Assembly (NCBI GenBank): GCA_001949185.1
Contig: BDGG01000001.1
Location: 1,858,478-1,922,477, forward strand
Reading direction: 5' to 3'
DNA length: 64,000 nt
Origin: Ramazzottius varieornatus
Lineage: Eukaryota; Animalia; Tardigrada
Part shown: one piece after another, positions 37,301 to 50,396 of the stretch
How the letters are laid out: each line of letters starts with the position of its first letter
How positions within the stretch are numbered: position 1 is the stretch's first letter
Made by a program: the position numbers and the translations under genes
Notes under the pieces: model-generated
Database searches by the model: none
What the model saw: only the letters and a program-made list of their open reading frames with translations
What the model was told of the DNA's origin: nothing

Positions 37301-38219
37301 CGCACGCTTCCAGCCAAAACAGTGAACCCGTGCGCCACTTGAGTTAACAATCTTGTACGTTCCGTTCGACGACCTCCTAGAATATTAAATGCGACAATGA
37401 TTTCATAAACTCGATTTTGCAAACATGTTTGTTTGAATTGAGCTTTTTCCTTGTTTAGAAATGTTTTGGTTCAAACGGGCAGCGCTAAGCTGACGCCGCA
37501 CGAGTACCTGACAATAGCCCGCCACTATCAATATCACACACCAGCTGACAAGGAAAAGATGAAGCAGTTGGCCATAGCGCTAATCCAGCACGGGTTCCGC
37601 CATGAATCATTCGACGCTGGCGGCAACTTCCGGAGAGCTTGCATAAGAGCCGACCCTGACACCACCAACTTGTTGTCGCGTTCCGAATTCATCCGCTGCA
37701 TGAAGGCTGTCCGCGCACCCATCAGCTATGAAATACTCGACATCTACCTTGATGTGGTGGCCAACGCTGACCAGATGGTGGAGTATGAGACTGCTGTCAG
37801 AGATTTCGACTATGTGTCCAGACCTGCCAAAGCCCTGGAAGTCATTCCAATGAAGGTATACGAAACGCAATCTCGAGCCCGGCAAACAAGACTCTTCCCG
37901 AAGTCTCGTGCTCGGTGTTACTGGCTCGAAGCGTGTGCTCCATTGGAAAACAGTCCAACTCGAAATATTGTATTTCAAGCGGCGCACGCTTACAGCCATT
38001 GATACTAGGAAAGTGCGCCACTTGGAAATGACCTGGTCGAGCTTTTTGCCTAGGTCTCAATTAGTGGTCCGTTGACTCATTTTCAACATAAGCTTAATCA
38101 GGTTTTCGTGGATCTTACAGGTAACGCGGAACTTTGACTTTGTTAAGTACTTCGGCGACTTCGTTCCGCATGTGAACTATCGAAACTTCCTGCTCGACAT
38201 CAAAGACCATCTCTGTTAG
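34372..38219 (+). CDS. EFHC2: EF-hand domain-containing protein C2 (three DM10 domains + EF-hand region), axonemal
   Basis: PQWLVMDKIILRFYSY, FFLEDDTIMIME, FLKHDTEVLRFFAYWDDRETLFGERHFLVIHYFLADQT, INVLGRPIFIYDCDGYTKWYY, PPYNGYGFEEDSLRN, DLYVGAVFEF, LTPHEYLTIARHY. Confidence 0.88.
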
Positions 38220-38449
38220 TTCAAAGTGTGCACATGTCTTAATCTCTTTCCATGCGTTTCATGGAAGCAGTGTTTAATACTTCATAACAATAACAAGATT
38301 GCATACAGAAAGACTCAACTTGAATATCAATTTGAGTAACAACTTTCTCGAAGCTCAGAACTGGAGTGAACAGTAAACGTTGACGCTGTACTTTGGCCAT
38401 AGAGCAGTTTTACCTCCAGGGTAATCTTACTAACAGATCGAGAGACACT

Positions 38450-39053
38450 CTACTTCCTTCCGAGCCAGTTGTTGCCTTGCGAGTTCGATGTCACGGCCGA
38501 GAAGATATTGGCGCCTTGGCCTTGTGCGTTGGTACCTGTTGCATCACATGGACATTAGTTTTACAGCACCAACCAAAGCACAACACTGTCGTGAAGACTT
38601 ACTTCCGTGCCCGAAACCCATGCCGTTATTGGAGTATGCCGTGTTGTCGGTGTTGATTGTTCCGAAGCCGATGGTTCCTCCACCAAGAGCGTTTGAGCTG
38701 CTGGTTCCTCCGAGACCTCCGCCAAGACCACCTCCGTAGAGACCGCCTAATCCTCCGCCATAAAGTCCGGCATCACCGAAGCCGCCGTAGGGAATGCCTC
38801 CGTACAGCCCGTTCCCAAAGCCGTTGTATATTCCGTCAAAGCCACCACCGCCAAACCCTCCAAGACCTCCATACCCCAAACCCCAGTTCGGATAACCACC
38901 AAAACCTCCATATCTGAAACCTGTGAAAATTCAAAGCGCTCAGTTCAATCTGATCGACCATCTCAAATAATTATACAGTAGACCGAACATACCATGGGCG
39001 CTTATTGCACCGAAGACGACAGCAGAGACGGCGAGAAAAAAGGAAACTGCCAT
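38450..39053 (-). CDS. Secreted Gly/Tyr/Phe/Leu-rich protein ending WLGRK*, 3 exons
   Basis: Signal MAVSFFLAVSAVVFGAISA; GFRYGGFGGYPNWGLGYGGLGGFGGG…; last exon STNAQGQGANIFSAVTSNSQGNNWLGRK*. Confidence 0.82.
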
Positions 39054-40441
39054 TTTTGCTTGTCAAAAAGATTGAGACGTCTTTGGACAATGAAAAAGAA
39101 GGCAAATGAAGAACTCGGGATGACTCGATATTTTAAGACCTGAATTAAATTATACGGTTAAGTTTGAACTTGTGAAGTCTTTTATATGGTCTAGAACGTA
39201 CGACTGAAAACTAGCGGGTCTTCCGGGAGGCGCGATGTCGGAAGCAGGTTCTCAGTTTGAACTTTATGGTATGCAATTTCTGCTCAGTATCCTGTTTGTT
39301 ATACAACTGAACTTGATATACTTTTTCGCTATTTTGGCAAGGAAATAAGGAAGTGAGTCGCAAGTACACATTTTAAATTCCTAGTCACGCTGCAGCGATC
39401 CGTCTCCGCGGAGTTCGTCATCACGATCAAGAAGCGGACGTACCAATTACTTGACTATCGACTGCGTTCCAGATCGTTCATTGCCATATGACTTGGCTAA
39501 TTTCAAGATTGACGACGATTAATTAGGTTCCTGTTATGCTGGTGGAAGCCGAAAGCACTGCTTACATTTCGGCGGGTTACAGTATCTATAATCATACAAT
39601 AGTGGCGCCCTCTCAACGTTATGAAGACTGGTGGTGCCACCGCAAGTAACCAAATGGCGCACGTATGGTATTTTTGGTCGTTCTAGAAAACGAGAAACTC
39701 TGGATCGTAAAGTTTTTGATTGGTGATGACTCTAATTATAGGAGCGTAAATACCATCGATATTTTCATGAGTGACAGACGAAATTAATGAAGCAAGCAAA
39801 GGCAGGTCTCAAACGACTTGGAATGTCGCCCGATCCTCACGCGCACGAAGAACTTTACTGGATGGCTCTTCAGTCAAAAGAGGTATTTTGAGTGGACGTT
39901 TTCATGATTGACAGGCAGGGATCCCTCAAACAGATGCTACTTTGTTCTATAATCACGAAAGTCACCAGCCAGAGACGCATATAACAGACATATTCGAATT
40001 TCACTTTTGACACGGCTTGTTTGTAACGCTGTGTGTGGCCAATTATGGACACCACTTAACGACCACAAAATATTATGCCGTGTGTGAATATGATCTCTTG
40101 CTTCCCGCCGGCAAGTCGGAAGCAACTCCTGCCGTTTTTCTTATTCTGAATGAAACCCCAAAGGAGTCCAAAACTACACAAATAAAGCGAAAACATTCTG
40201 CAAGAAGGGCCGTCAGTATACCTAATTTCAAGAAACCCTAATTTCAATCGACCAATCAACAGATTATCCTGGGCTTTTGATGAGGAATTCAGGCACAGAC
40301 CAGGAAGTAGCAAGACTAAGCCAGGAGAGATGATGGAAACGATCCCAGAGGCTCACTCATATAGCGGTTCGTTCATCGGTGACTTAGGCTACCCGAGACA
40401 CAGGTCAACTCGCGCTTCAAGGTTGCGAACTGGGCCGTGGG

Positions 40442-40655
40442 TGAAGTTTTTCAGGAGTCTGGGGTCACGGCGTCGAGGTACGGAGGATGGAAATTCAGGG
40501 AGGGAATGGTGGGTGCTTGATACGGAATATGGGAGAAAGCACGGCTTTTTGCATAGCAGCCTCAGTCCTTTCCTTTACTTTGCCCCAGCCCTTTTTCAAT
40601 CTACAGTATATCCGATGTACCTCTACGTCGTGACCCCAGACTCCCAAGGGACTTC
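40442..40655. repeat. Decayed hairpin/MITE
   Basis: GGAGTCTGGGGTCACGGCGTCGAGGTAC (~40453-40480) is paired with GTACCTCTACGTCGTGACCCCAGACTCC (~40617-40644). Confidence 0.65.
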
Positions 40656-41424
40656 GCCAAAAGCCCAACTTCTACAGGCCAACCTTCACCTGTTTACGGA
40701 AGGCTTTCGATGGCGGGTTTAGCTTAGCGTTGATGAAGGTCCATATTCAGCTTTCGGGCGAAGTTTTGGCTCTGTAAAACTCAAGAAGAACTGAGGGAAT
40801 AAAGTACTGCGCTGGGATCCGGAGTCTTGACATCCGCCAAAGTTTTGTGGGCGGCTCGTCATTCTTCCGCTGATGATGGATGAGTATCGAGGCAGAAGCG
40901 TGATAGTCGAGTAAGAAAGAGGCCGCATTGCTGACGGACGTTTAAGTTTCAACGCAGTGCTAAGATTTTAATTGAACATCTCGAGAGTTCTTAACAAGGG
41001 TGGGGAAAGGAATGACAGCATGACACTGGAGTGATGCGCGCCGGCGAAGCTGAAGTAGCCTTGCGGCGCTTCGCTCTCCACGCAGAAACTAAGAAGATAT
41101 CGAGAGAGCTGCATGTGCAAGTCTATAAACGCCAATCAACCTAAAAAAATCAATGAAGACTGCCTGAAGCAGAAAGAATAAAGATCTCCAAATGAAAGAC
41201 GGCAAATGAACTCAGCTTGACCGATATATTTGGTGGCGCACGTTCTCATTGTTATTAGCTGGAAGGGTGCGCCACTTGGGAAAATAATCTTGTCGAGCTC
41301 TCAAGTGGCGCACACTCCAGCCAGTTTCAGCGAAAACATGCGCCACTTGAACGAACCATCTTGTTAAGTCATTTGCCGACGTTCGAATTAGACTTCTTCG
41401 CAAATGAAGACAGACTGTGGAAGT

Positions 41425-43947
41425 TCACAAGGCAGCTGAGGTGGCTACTCGTGGCAAGAGTTTACAGACATATCCTCCATGGCCGTTTAATACGACCGTG
41501 GCGGCTAACGGTAGCGGTTTATGGACATAGAGGATGCTGGCACTGCTGCTGGGCATCATGGTTTGCGCCGTGATGGCCCGCAGGCGCTTCTGCTCTTCAC
41601 TCTCGAAGCGGCTCCAGCACCATTCCACACAGCGAAAGTAGCGTGAAAGGCTGAAGAATAAGTAGATCCAGGGATTGGAACAGCTGTTGAGGTTGGCTAG
41701 CAGCAAGAGGATGACAAAGGCTGGTTCCGAGACGTAGGCCGTCTCTGGGAAGAACGTCGTCCAGAGAAGCGCCACGAAGAAGGGCGACCAGCAGATGACG
41801 TAGGCTACAATGACGACTAAGGTCAGCTTCACGGTACGGAGCTTGGCCCGTGTGAAGCTCAAGCCTCGCCTTTGTGTCGAGTGGGTGCGAGAGTCTGGAA
41901 GGAGTTTATGCCCACTTCCGTTCGAAGAGCCAAAGGGACGCTTTTTCATCCGTAAACTTCCGCTTTGCTTTTGGCGCATCGTTTGCCAGATTGTCCAACT
42001 GACCTATACAAACCAACCAATTTCAGATTCCCTCTCCGTCAACATCGCAACAAAACGTACGAGTACGGACTGTTCAAACCACCAAGCCTCGGAGGCCATC
42101 AATGCCTTCGATGACGTCCGCGACTAATTCGTAGAAAACTTTACAGAGTAATAAAACGCCATAATCCGACGGTATTGTTTTGGTTAGGATCACACGACGA
42201 AGTCACCCGGCATACTATTTTTGATATTTCCGGAAAAATTCACAGTGCATTCACCAGCCGGTGCTTACGTCAACATGCGATTTATAATAATCCGAGCAAC
42301 AATTAAGACCTAATCCAGAAAGACCTTCTGGCTGTTTATAACCGTGTGTTGTGACTTGCGATGTCACCAGTTAAATTAATTTGTTTGGATAAACCATGTG
42401 ATAACAATAATCGACACCGTTGACCCTAGCGAAAATATTATTGATTTCGATGAACGCACGACTTTCGACCGGAAGAGCTAAATTAAAATCAACAGATCGA
42501 AAGGAGATAAACAAACGGTGCATACCTGGCCATACGTCACGGACAAGATGAGCAGCGGGACAATGTAGATACTCAAGGCGAACCAGGAAACGTACAGCTT
42601 GGATCCCCAAGTGCCGTGGAAGGATGCCCAGCAGTCACGAATACCACTTCCTTCCACCACTTCCATTTGGGAAAAGACAAAGACTTGGGGTAGACTACAG
42701 AAGCTGGATAAGATCCACGCGTAGATGATCATCATGTTGCACCGTTTAGCGTGCCAATTATGCGAGTTTAATGGGCGGCAAATTGCCTGATATCTACAAA
42801 ACGAAAACAAAAACAATAGTCCAGAGATATTCCATCATAATTTTCTCATTGTCAAACTCACCTGTCGATCGCCTAAAAGGAAAGAAAAACATCGGAGTTA
42901 CTTTCGTGTTCCGATTTTCGGACGCCGAAAACAAAACGGCGACCAGCGAACGAAATGCGTCATTCGCGCACGCATCTGCATACAACGACCCACAATGCAT
43001 GTGAATCCACGTGTATGCAGGTGGACAAAGACTCGAGGATTCCGTCCGCCGATCTTACCGACGAAAGTAAAAGCTTAAGAACGCTTAAAAGGTAGAAGGT
43101 GTCTTACCATCATGACAAGGACCCATGTGGACAAGTACAAGGCGAAGACTTGGAGGAACTTTACAGTCTTGCATCCCATGTCGTTTCCTTGAAACCTCCA
43201 TGTGATATCCCACACCATTTGGGGAAAGATGTTGAAGAAGGCCACCACAAGGTCCGCCACTGACAGATGGAAGATGAAAAAGTACATCCGTGTCACCTGT
43301 TGGGCAAACTCACATCAGTCATCTAGCTGATTCTTCCCTCTTGGCACTATCTGCGCTAAACTGATTTTGCGCTCCAGCCTGAGCTCCTATATATACAGTA
43401 TAATAACGTTAGTTTTCGTAATCTGGACGAGTGCAATCTTGAGAATGCCGTTCAGTTAGATTTTTCCCCAGCTATCGTCTTCCGACACTTTTGGTCAGTT
43501 TTTGACGCCTATTATCTTCAAAAAAGAATGACCATAACAATCATTGGGGTGTCATCTCGCACATTAGCCTCAATAATTCTTCCAGTCCGTCGTCTCCATA
43601 AAATTAATGGTTGCCCATTACGCACAGCTGTCACAACCCTAAACGACCACTTGTGTTGAAATATTAATGGTCAATATGCGTCGGTTAATATTGCATAACC
43701 CCTCTAAACTATATCGAGAATAGGTGTTACACTAGTTATTGTGGGAAGAATACCTGTACTTCGAATGTACCTTCTTTTTGCGCCATAAAAGGATGGAAAG
43801 TACGGCGGCGTTCCCGAGCAAGGCGACTGCGAAGATAGTTCCTAGTATTCCAATTTCCACTTTGGCCAGTTCCTCATCCCTGGTCTCTAGGTAAGCCGGT
43901 AAGGTTCTATTCTTCGAAGAACCAAGCGTGGAGTTGTCGAAATCCAT
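41425..43947 (-). CDS. Vasopressin/oxytocin-family (inotocin-like) peptide receptor, 5 coding exons
   Basis: RDEELAKVEI, MYFFIFHLSVADLVVAFFNIFPQMVWDITWRF, AIDR/YQAICRP, DCWASFHGTWGSKLYVSW, RAKLRTVKLT, CWSPFF, LANLNSCSNPWIY. Confidence 0.94.
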
Positions 43948-46900
43948 CTTTCAGAACATGGGAAAATAAATGAAAATATATCGAAATGTTTTCAAATCAA
44001 CCAATGCATGTATGTAGGTTTTCCTCGTCGTCGACTTCGCTCAGACTATTACATGATGGAAAGAAAAACAGAATTAAAATATAAGCTGGTGTTTTTCCGC
44101 GGTACAGGAAGTGATATCCACAAAGGCGGATATTTGATGATATGATTTCCCGAAATGTCGTTGGAGATCGATTGGGAGGGAGGAAGCCAAGGTTCATACG
44201 CCTTCAAACGCTAGTACGAATGTAGTACAGTGTACGACAAAATAAATCGTAAAAAATGGGTGTTGGATGGAGCCAGATGGGTAAAGCCAATGAAATTTGC
44301 GCATGCAGCAGAATATAATTCTCATTGGCCGAGTTGTAAATAAGCTCTAGCTGCAGTGTTACGCTAATGTTTAACGGTTAATTCTGTCGTACCCTGTACA
44401 TCATTGCCGCGGCTTCTCCGAGTGCGCCACTTCAAGTCATCTTGGTCCTGCTTAAATGACACAACCGGGGTCAGTTGAGCCTGACACAACCCACCACCAT
44501 CTTCTCCTCCTGTAACCGCGCTAAAGATATGACGGAAGCCATTACGGCGGGACTATTTTGATTGGCACGGGGCGTACGAGTGAGCTGCGCGAAGTCCTTC
44601 CGCGTCGGGCAGGCTCTTTACTGTTAATATACACAGTCAGCACTCTGATTTCGCTGTGTACACAAACAGCCAACGTCTCCGATCCCACAGAGTGACGAAG
44701 AAGCGGCAAAAAAGATCGAAGTTATGACAGATCCAATACTATAAGGTTGTCAAGGTCGACCATTTCCCTTTCATTTCTCTCACGCCTGGGTATCTCGCCC
44801 ACAGCAAGGACATCCTCTCATCGAAACAAAATCGAATTATGGAGGATGCGGGGTTAATTCGGTTCGCAAGGACTCAAACCCGATAACTACCCGCAAGAGT
44901 CTTTGTACAAAAGCCAACCAATCTGATTAAGGAACACGAGGGATAATCACAGTCCATATTACGAACATCGAGCTAGACTATACCCAAAAGCTGGCTCGTT
45001 CAGTTGATCTTACTCATCGTGTGTGCCAACGCCCTGTCCCATCAACAATCTCGTGGGTCTTCCATCAAGCACGAAGGGTTCGCCCACCATCCTCGCTGCA
45101 TAATTTGCTTTCTTCCCTTGTCTGTTTCAGATAGACAAGACTAAATCATAGTGTTGTACTAGGAATAGTCAATATTCGCCATCCGACTCCTCGCAAGCAA
45201 ACTGTACCATAACAGACGGATACTTGTGAACTCTGTTACCGACACACGCTACACAATGGCAGAAGATGTTTCTAGTTCTGGTGGTCGATTGCTGGTTGAG
45301 TGTCTCGCCCTTTACTTCCGGCACGTCCAGGACGCATCGACACCTTCTCCGATCGATATACTAGACAAAGAACTTTCACCGGAGTATCAAGCCTCGCTGC
45401 ACTTTGAATTCGGTGATGTAGCAGATGGGACAGGATCATTATCTCATGTGGTGCACGTTCTGATCGTATTTGGCCGGAGGCGTGCGTCACTTTGAAAAGC
45501 AATCCTGTCCAAGTTGGTTGCCGACGTCTGAGATAAAGTATCCAGGTACAGAGAGAGACCAAGTATCCAGGTACAGATCCATTTATCGAAAGGGAGTGAT
45601 AAAATACCGGCCAATTAGGAATTTCGAAAGGTCCCCACACATCGCTCCAGGTTCTAAGATCCCTTGACCTTTGTTATATCCTGCCAGGGTAATTAATATT
45701 GCTTGCGCTCCTCCACCCACATTCAGGTCAAGGCATAGCTTTAACCTTGTTATTGTCATGCATAAGATAACAGATTAATGGAATACTGCAATCTTGGCTC
45801 CTGGAGGATTTATTTGTGGATCGAGTCCTGAAAGGCTTTTGTTCCAGCTCAATGCGAGATTACACGTTTTCATACACGAGGGATATGTGCAGACGCTATT
45901 GTTCTCAGTGACCTCCGGAAGTATCCTTTGCGCTCGGGTGAATTCACGAACTGCAACTGAAGTCAATAAGATGGTTAAGGCCTGGTGTTTCCATCCAGGC
46001 GTATCCTGTTGCCCTGTGGTGAGCTGATACGCCCGTACTGTTACGCCATCCAAGCATACAATGCGGGATGACTCTTCACCCAGGAAATCATCCACGTAAA
46101 AACTGGTCGTCTTTCGCCAATTCAAAACCCACCGACGTCCTCTCGATGCCCCACCGTAACCTCAATCTTTCTAATTTCTAACCCTATTGCATTAAAAATA
46201 TCAAAAACATTCTCGCGCAAAAGTCAAAAATAGTCCCTTATTGCATATCAAAAATATTCCCGCGCGCCCAATAAACACTGTGAAAATCGGCAAACTGAAA
46301 ACCGAATGAAAATATAAACACAATTATGTTCAAGAAGTTTCCGGCAAGTTGCATTTTCGCTCTGATGTGCAGTGATATCCATTATCGGGTGTAATGGAGT
46401 AACGAGAATATTCGTAATTACGTTAGAGACCATCAGCGGTTCGGAGGACTGCAGGGAAGATCGATGGGCGTCCAGGTCGCTTTCTTCAATTTTCAAGCCG
46501 CGTTCAAAGCTTCCAGCTGTGCCAATGAATAACTTGCTTCCTCTCTTCTCTTTTTGCCTCAGTGATCTTCTTTCCAATCATCGGAGATCGAAGTCTCCCA
46601 CGTGAATACTGCAAACTGCGGATCGAAGCTGAGCGGGTTTCTTCACTTCCTTGTTCGCCTTTCACGGAAATTCGCGCACGAGTTCGACTTGTGTTACCAG
46701 CACCAACCTCAAAACATACATCATTAATTAACTTAACGCATTCTGACGCACAAAGATCGAACAAGTGTCCAAACTTGGTACTACGTCCCAGGAACCTGCT
46801 GCCACTTTGGCGAACGAGTAGGCCCGATCATCAAAACAACTAGAAACCACGGTAGCCGAACGGCACCCGTCGCTGCCAATTACTCTGATTTCTATTTGCG

Positions 46901-47468
46901 CGTCTCAAACCTGTGAAATCGGCTGTGCAATTTTCCGCAAACAGTAAAAGGCTCTTTATGATTTCAGAAGTCTGAAGTTTGTTCATTAAGCGGGAAGAAC
47001 CCTCTCCAAATTTCGAACTGCGGAATCTTCCTCAAAGTTTGTCAAGTTCGACAGCTCGCGGAGGAGACGATCCCCGGATCCCCGCTCCTTCCCTAAAGTA
47101 AACAAGGACAGTCAAGCTTGTCAAGCAGTGGCGAGTAAACAAACTCTTTTGACAAGGACCAGCGAAATACTGTACAGCTTGTACCAAAGTTAATATGCAC
47201 CGGGTCTTCGTCTGTCCTCTCTACAACGAAGCTCTATCGAAAAAGTTCTTCTTCCACCAAAACATCGATATCGATTTCTGCCCACTTTGCCGATCTTCAA
47301 ACTTCCTCGTGAAGTTGTTTTCTCCATTCAACACAGAAGACCACACTGAGACAAGAATTTTAACGCTCTTCCAGACAGAGTAGTTTCCAAGAACATCAGA
47401 CATATAATATACTTCCATCTGGAAAACAAATAGACAAATTGATATTAAAAACAATCGAAATTGCTTCG

Positions 47469-49481
47469 TCAAATTTTAGCGCTGAAAAATGCAGAGTCAG
47501 AGTTAGGCGGAAAACTGAATGCTGATGGTGCAACGCAATTTATAACCTTGGCAATACCGTCAGACATTTTCTGAAGATACTCGGTAGACACCATTCTGTT
47601 CACCGGAAGGTATATCACATGGTCCATAAAAAACTTGGCTGTCTGGGGGAACGGAGACAGAAAGACTTTCTCTTGCTTTACAGCACCCTCTTCAGCCAAC
47701 AGCGGAGTAGAGTCTTCGTCGAATACCGGTAACGTGCTAGCAGACGAGGAAAAGGTCTCAAACTCTGGTTGCACGACGTTGAGCTGCGACGCACCAATGT
47801 ACGCATCGATGCCGATGCGATTCAACTCCAACGAAACCACTTTCGGATCTTCCTAAACCGATAGAAATCTCTTGAGTTCAAGGTCTCGCGAACTACAGCA
47901 AATAAAGCTGTGAAGAGAAGCCAAAGGATCATCGTGGAACCGCAACAGGAAAGTGAGCTCAACATAGGCACGCTCACGGTCCACAACTATTAACCGAGGC
48001 TCAAAGCAAACCCAAAGGAAACTCGGATTCGGTAAAACCCCTAATAAAATTTACGCTGTTGGACTCACCACAAGGACCGGAAACAGCCAGAAATTATTTG
48101 CCAACGCGCTCATCCCGAACTTTCCAACGCCGTCGGGCAGCTTGTCCCAAATGTACTGTCCATTTGCCGTGTACGTACCGGGAGGAACTTCCTCAACGGA
48201 CCGCATCCTTCTGAGTAGGAGGGCTAAGAGGGCCATGGGAGGACGATGCCGTAGCCGTCTCAGCAAATCTGTCGGGAACCCTCTCAGCATATTAACCACC
48301 TTAGCTGTGGAAAAAAACGATGGTTAAGGAAGAATATCTCGGAATGTTACCGGACTATTCTAGAAAGAGCTGCACAACATACCCACATTTGTGGTCAATG
48401 TTCAGCCGATCGGTCAAAAGCATAGCTGGTTTGATGATCAAAGGTATGTTTAACAGGAGGAAAATAGCGGCGCATTTCAGTAGCTTCTGAAAATAAATCT
48501 CGCTCGACTGGATCGCATACGAGTCATGGAGTTCCTCCATCTTTTCCAGAGCAGACCTATCTCGAACTTTGGCAACACCACCTCCTAGCGCCGTGAAGAA
48601 CTTGATGGGACCAAAACTGAATAAGGTAAGGTCGGAGTATGGATCACCCAGACGATCCAAACCGCAGAAGCCCTCTGCACAATCTTCGATCACTTTCAGA
48701 TTGTGCTTCTGGGCTATCTGAATGACGGGCTTCACGTCGAACCACCTTCCAAAGAGATGAGCCGCAAGAACCGCGACGGTGCGACAGGTGATCAGGCTTT
48801 CAAGAAGATCGAGCTTTGGTCCCATTGTATGTAGGTCTAAGTCGCACGGAACAACCTACAACAGAAAGCAGCAACAGTAGCTGCATACTCAAGAACTATA
48901 ACCACACGGCGTATGTACATTCAGGTACATGACAGAAAATGTACTGTTATCCTGATCAACTCGCGCGTGTCGTCATCGCGGCCTTGTACGAAAGCCGTTT
49001 TTCTTGGGGACGTCATGAAACATATATATGAGAAGCTAGGATTTACCTTTAGGCCATTCTCTCGTGCGATTTTCGCCATGTCAGGAATGTTAATTGCGGT
49101 GAAGATTATTTCTGAGCCAGGCGGGAATTCAGAAACACGCAGAAAGAGGTCGAAAGCAGTGCGAGCAGCCAAGCAAACAATGGTCGGATTCGGATTCTTT
49201 TCCGTGACAAACAGGTGGTGAAGATTTTGCAACAACTCTCGGCGTACATCTTCTTGCTCTGCTGATCGTATGCTTTCATGAAGCCCATGAAGGATATCAG
49301 TGAAGGAGCAGTCTATCAAGAAGCAAATAATATGATAGGACAGCAAGCGAAATCCCTTGCATTTCTTCTGGTTATCAGCTGCATTCTGGAAGATGAAGTT
49401 TGAGCATAAATTCAAATAATTTCTACCGAGGAAGACCGAAGTGTAAGGGATGATGTCCGCATATCTAACTGCCAACCCCAT
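47469..49481 (-). CDS. DegT/DnrJ/EryC1/StrS-family PLP-dependent aminotransferase-like protein, 5 exons
   Basis: RTAFDLFL…PPGSEIIFTAINIPDM, AHLFG, LKVIEDCAE (PLP Asp), LFSFGPIKFFTALGGG (PLP Lys), FWLFPV, VIYLPV; spliceosomal introns. Confidence 0.85.
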
Positions 49482-49886
49482 GATACTGTCCAGATGCCCC
49501 AGAAGCGGTCAGTTCAGTAGTAGCATCCACAGACAAATGTTCGCAGGAAGAAATCCGTTGTCAGCGACGAAATGTGCCAGGACCACGTTCAAATTCGCCA
49601 GTCCAGTTTTCATTGCTGCTGGATGAAAATTTCGTTCATTAGATCCTTCCGTAGCTCGTGCTAGCAACTGAGTGTACTTACCTCGACCTTGCCTACTTCA
49701 TGGACGATGTCCGAGCTTCTAAGACGAGAAAAGAAAGCGCATCAAGCTCTGCAAAAGAAATGGAATCAAGAGTAATGTGACAAATCGAAGTCCCCAATCA
49801 AACAGGCTAGGTCAATCAACGGACATAACAGTTGTTTTCATGCAGTAAAAGGAAACCTGCAACACCCATCTAAGTACTGATCTAAG

Positions 49887-49970
49887 AAGCGGTCACCCAT
49901 CTAAGTACTGACGGGACACGACGTAGCTTATCTTCCGAGATCGAACGGGATCGGGAGCATTCTACGTGGT
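49887..49970 (-). pseudogene. Truncated 5S rRNA copy
   Basis: The reverse complement ACCACGTAGAATGCTCCCGATCCCGTTCGATCTCGGAAGATAAGCTACGTCGTGTCCCGTCAGTACTTAGATGGGTGACCGCTT matches the metazoan 5S internal region with box A/IE/C. Both terminal stem strands are missing. An 18-nt piece is duplicated at 49863-49880. Confidence 0.85.
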
Positions 49971-50396
49971 GCAAATAGGGAAGTACATTCGAATTTTTAC
50001 CCTTCGAAATTGATCTAGTTTTGTTCTATGCATTCACGCGGTAAGTTTTATTTTCTTTTGTGTTTGTGATGGGTCGCACCGTAGAGCACCGTAGAGCCCC
50101 GTAGGCTTGTCGTGTCTTCCGGATTCTGTCTCAGCGTGCGTCATACCCGAAATAGCTTGTTTTGACGTACCGTCAGTACCAATGAAATGTATTTGCAGAA
50201 GTACTGCTTCTACTGCTTGAACTTGACCGGGATGTATTTTAGAACCGGTTCTAAGAATAGCAGGCCAAGAACTGTTCCAACTTGTCGAGAAGAAGAAGAT
50301 GGAAGTTCCGCCGCACGGTCGTCATAAAATCGCAACCCAAAATTGATATTTCTTCCACGATGAAATGCAATATCGTGTTCCTCTAAAAGGGGAACG

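Noticed and set aside
49887-49970. Functional 5S rRNA gene
   Set aside because: It lacks both strands of the terminal helix and has no proper 3' end.
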